64,000 bases of DNA from Blepharisma stoltei ATCC 30299 (taxonomy: Eukaryota > Protista > Ciliophora), in contig CBFDEM010000036.1 in the NCBI GenBank assembly GCA_965603825.1, positions 434,001 to 498,000 on the forward strand. The letters are read 5' to 3'. The notes under the pieces were generated by a model. It did no database searches. It was not told the origin of the DNA and saw nothing but the letters and a program-made list of their open reading frames with translations. The first letter of the stretch is position 1. Each line of letters begins with the position of its first letter. Positions 60,187-64,000 of the stretch are shown here, piece by piece. Position numbers and translations under genes: made by a program.

Positions 60187-61722
60187 TTAAGTCATATTTT
60201 GAAGTGAATCAATTTCTCTTGAAATGTTATTCCGGGCTTGATTTTCTAGCATTGGTCTGAAATAATCAGAATAATATATGTGATCTCTTTCCAAAAACTT
60301 TTGCATTACTTGGCAACGTCCTTTTCTGTAATCTTCATCAGAATAAAACGAATACTCTCTTTTTATATTTTCTGAATATTCATTGTAAGTCTCTTCACTT
60401 GCTCCAAGAATCGACATATCCAAATCCAAAAAAATTAATTCTTCTTCCTCAGTCGTTTCAGGTCTATGTGTGATTGTTGCCAAAATATAGCTTTCCACTT
60501 TGCTATAGCATTCATTTATTCCGCAATCCTTACAAAAATTGATAAACAAATCTTTGCTTTTTACCTCATTATTTCTGTCATCATGAAATCCTTTATAATC
60601 AGCATAATAAATTACATCATGAAACCAAATGCTGAGCTCAAGAATTTGTGAGTAATTGTTAGAATAGTTATCGAGGAGGGAATACATTTGATATATATGG
60701 TTTAATGTATGATAGTATCGAAATTTTCTATTATATTGGCTGGATACCATTTCCCACCAATATTCTATTTTCCTGTTTTCTATCCCCAGCTTTTTGCAGA
60801 GGTTGTATCATCTTTCTTTCAGAAAGCAATATCTGCCTCTCGAAGATTCTATAATTTGGTTTCTTATCTGTGTGCTGCCAGCTTTATTGTGAGATTCAGT
60901 CAATAAGCTAATCACAACTTTTTCTAGTTTGTTTAAGCCATTTGTTTCTCTAGCTTTATTGATTAATTCAAATGCTTTTTCTACCTCTTCAGTTAAAATG
61001 ACGACCTGGTAAATTGGGTTTGTACCTGAAGGCCCAACAGGGTCAAAAAGCTCAAAAGTGTCGACTTCAACTGAAGGAGAAATTTTCTTCAAAAATGATT
61101 TTACAGATTCACATCTATAATCAAATGATTGAAGGCATTCTTTCCCTTGCTTATTTATTAGCAATGACTCTTTAGTTATCCCGATTCCTATTAACTTCTT
61201 GCTAAAAATAGCCGCAGCTGTAAGAAGCAGCATATGTCCAGGATGAAGGTGATCAAATGTGCCACCCAGAACAGAGTAATCATAAGCATCCATAACATTT
61301 GCAGATAGATTTGAGCTGAGAATGGGCATTGAAATAGGTTCAGTGTGAGGGATTTCAAAAAAAGTGTAACTATGAGGTTCACACAAATGTTCGGTAATAA
61401 TATCAGATAAAGATTCATAACTAAAGATCAAGTCTGCAGTGTCAAGAATATTTTTCCTCGATATTTCTCCAAATAATTGAGGAAGAATTATTATAATTTT
61501 AGGTTCTAAAGGCGAATAAGAAGAAGAATATATATTCACCAAGACAGAGAATATCTTGCTTCAATCATTCAGATATGGCTCAGGTAAGCTTAAATCACAA
61601 ACAACTTCTTCAAGGACATAGTAAGCAGCAGAACGTAAGCAGCTTGAAATTATAGGAATTTGTGAATCATTCTCCAAAGTGAATTTGATGTAGCCTTGCT
61701 TATAGCTTAGATTAGACATCAT
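60187..61722 (-). CDS. Phosphopantetheine adenylyltransferase (CAB4/COASY-type PPAT) fused to a COG4339-like HD phosphohydrolase (511 aa)
   Basis: Three same-frame ORFs joined via TGA 61561 and 60808. VLGGTFDHLHPGH, DPVGPS, INKARETNGL and GSTQIR are followed by RYYHTLNHI, WFHDVIY, NEVKS, FLDLDMSILG and YRKGR. Confidence 0.85.
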
Positions 61723-61777
61723 CAAAATAAAATCTAATAAGTTGAACAAAAATAAAAATTTATTAATAATCAATGCC

Positions 61778-62326
61778 CTATGCTTTCTTTTGTGCAATTC
61801 TTTCTTGCAAATTTTCATACGGACTCATTGCAAAATTATCTTTTATAACAATTTTTTTAACTTTCGGCTTTTTAGGCAAAATTTCTTTTCCAGGAGTTTT
61901 CGCTCTTCTTGTTTTAAAAATATTGATTCTAGAAGACTCAACGCCAGATTTATTTGTATCTTTCTCTGATACAAGTCTTTTAATAGACCCTTTTATAAAA
62001 GAAAACTGCTCCTTTTCCATACCAATCGGTTTTCAGCTCATAGCATCAGTTAATTTGCAAGTAGTGTTAAAAAATTCTTCTAAATCCAAACTTTGAGAAA
62101 CACTGCAAAATTCATTTGGTTTATGCACTGACCTTATCTTAAAAGTTTTCCTTGACTGTTGAGGTGGGCTTTCTTGCGTTGAATCATATGCTGATTGGCT
62201 TTTACGGGATTCCTTAATGATAGGGGACTCTTCAAACCTGTCCAATGTGCTTGCTTGTGTTTCAGACGTCCTTTCTAATGGTGGTTTCACTTTTTCATGG
62301 TGTGAAGGGGTGTAATAACGTCGCAT
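61778..62326 (-). CDS. Hypothetical basic protein
   Basis: Two same-frame ORFs joined via TGA 62033. Confidence 0.6.
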
Positions 62327-62423
62327 TGATATTTAAGCTTTTAGAAATCTTTTATAAATTGATTATTCCATTTATTCATTTTAATAGAAATAAAAGGAAA
62401 GTTAAAGACAGGTATATACTGTG

Positions 62424-63017
62424 CTACTTATTTTTATTTAGGGAAAGTGGATGATAAAATGGATTTCCTCCATTTTTCTGCACACACATGTCATCAAACT
62501 TTGTGAATTCTCCTGATCTCCTAAAAAAAACTTTGGGATTCTTTGCTAATGCTTCTTGATATTGAGGATTTAGCTTGCGGTTATATCTTATCTCTTCCCT
62601 CATAAGTGTCTCTATTTCTTTCCTCTTCAAGCACGTAGTAGCAGATTTCACATTTAAAGGGGCATTGGTTATTGGATCATAATGCACTTTCTGAGCGTTA
62701 ATCATGGAAAAATAGCCATTATTTGTATTGAAATTACGCTCAGTTTCTGTGTTTGCATGATATTTCGAATTAAAGCTTACAGGAGTAACTGATTTAGCGG
62801 TTTTAGAAGTCCTTGGGGTCAAAATCGTTGGCTCTGATTCGACCCTTTGGATATATTTTGAATTTCCAGAGCCATTATAATATTTCCCAACTTTTCATGC
62901 TCGAGATAGAAAAGGGAGCTTTGGGAACGTGAAACGCTTCGACTGTTCGTTAGAATTTGCATTTTCTCTAGGCAATTTTGAATTATCATACTTTTTATAT
63001 GCATTGGCAGCCAACAT
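62424..63017 (-). CDS. Hypothetical basic protein (YDPIT and NP.YQEAL..NPKVF.R.SGEFT motifs)
   Basis: ATG at 63017 is in frame with ORF 62424..62822 through one TGA. Confidence 0.62.
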
Positions 63018-63118
63018 TATTTATTTTTCAAATTATTTAGATGTTTTTAGTAAGAGTTCAAATAAAAAATCTTATGGCAAAAACATTTGTAACATTTAAT
63101 ACTAGACAGAACTTTAAG

Positions 63119-63718
63119 ATGGTAAGAAGGACTCTTTTCCTTATTACTTGGAAGGCCTTTTTGACGTACTCCTGCTTATGTCCAAGCACATATTTAGGAA
63201 ATGGCCACTGCGACTCCCAGTGCAATGTTGCTGCTTGTAATTATGACCAAGGCGACTGCGACTCCGATTCTTCAGGCAGTTCCGATTCAAATACAATAAT
63301 AGCAACTATTGTAGGTGTTGTGGTCGGAATTTTTGTAATTTTTTGGCTGTAATCTTCATCTAGGGTAATCGGCTGTACGATTTACTGCAAATATCTTCAT
63401 AAAAAGAAAAATCAAGTATCCTGCGGTATTCAAAACGAGATTGATGGAAACTCCATAAGAGGATCCGACATCGAGTCATCGCAGTTAATAACAAAAGAAA
63501 TTATTCAAAAAATATCTCCTATTGAGAATTATTACGTAGGAATACCGATGGAAGGAGACCCTATGTGCTCAGTTTGCTATATTGATTTTAAAATTGGAGA
63601 TTGAATAAGAAGAACTCATTGCCTACATTTATTTCATGCAAAGTGCTTGGATGAATGATTACTATCTAGAAATTTAACACCTAAATGCCCAACTTGCGAG
63701 AGGCCATTTCTGGAATAG
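63119..63718 (+). CDS. Signal peptide - single LNR (Lin12/Notch) repeat - TM - RING-H2 E3 ligase (about 194 aa)
   Basis: CPSTYLGNGHCDSQCNVAACNYDQGDC is an LNR; TM IIATIVGVVVGIFVIFWL|VIGC. After the intron comes GDPMCSVC...CLHLFHAKCLDE(W)L...CPTC; TAG at 63716. Confidence 0.87.
63349..63363 (+). other. 15-nt intron (GTAATCTTCATCTAG)
   Basis: Removes an in-frame TAA and links the TM to the RING exon; A at -6. Confidence 0.88.
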
Positions 63719-64000
63719 AAATCGATTTTAAATCTATATGTTATAATCATATATTTGGAGTCTTTTAAATCTAAATAAAATTTTTTAAATAAGAAACGGT
63801 TTTTTGAATTTCATAAATAGGTTTAAAATTAATTGTAGGATAAAGTAAAATAAATTTTTGGTATCTTTTTATAAAGAATAGCAAAATAATCTCGATAAGT
63901 TTGATTTTAAATAAGAAAGATTGAGTTAAAAAATTATATATTAAGTTTAATTCAGCGAAAATTACACTATGTTTCTTTCAGTTTAATCACAGTAGTTTCA

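Noticed and set aside
9450-63718. Many genes apparently broken by stops (pseudogenes)
   Set aside because: Every break is a TGA at a Trp-compatible site or a stop inside a GT..AG tiny intron; frames and motifs are intact.
1-64000. Mycoplasma, mitochondrial or other prokaryote-type code-4 origin
   Set aside because: Spliceosomal introns and eukaryote-specific genes (GSK3, CDPK, HOOK, RBR, calcineurin B) indicate a nuclear genome.

Overview
AT-rich, very gene-dense eukaryotic nuclear DNA, most consistent with the macronuclear genome of a heterotrich ciliate of the Blepharisma type. Two features visible in the sequence support this. (1) In-frame TGA sits at invariant Trp positions (CK1 GIPFIH*FG, kinase DI*SCG, PP4 TV*SAPNY, RING CLDE*L), while genes end in TAA/TAG. 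(2) Genes carry 15-nt GT..AG spliceosomal introns with a fixed A six bases from the 3' end, plus one apparent 17-nt intron. Re-reading with UGA=Trp and removing the introns merges the fragmented ORF track into about 43 intact genes. These include GSK3, CK1, CDPK, a CAMK, a PERK-like eIF2-alpha kinase, calcineurin B, PP4 catalytic and PP4R4-like subunits, a CTD phosphatase, GRX3/PICOT, HOOK, CEP57-like, CFAP99-like, Mei2-like, acid lipase, a PAS/TmcB-like membrane protein, several E3 ligases and a chitin synthase. I saw no rRNA, tRNA, telomeric repeat, transposase or CRISPR array. The most unusual items are: two related receptor-like TM-RING-H2 ligases with different ectodomains (one Notch LNR, one Cys-rich); a chitin synthase ending in an XRE/cro-type HTH; a PPAT fused to an HD phosphohydrolase; a CCT-GSK3-CK1 tandem; and a stand-alone TYSND1/DEG15 N-terminal half with a PTS1-like end. 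All family calls come from motif recognition by eye, with no database search.
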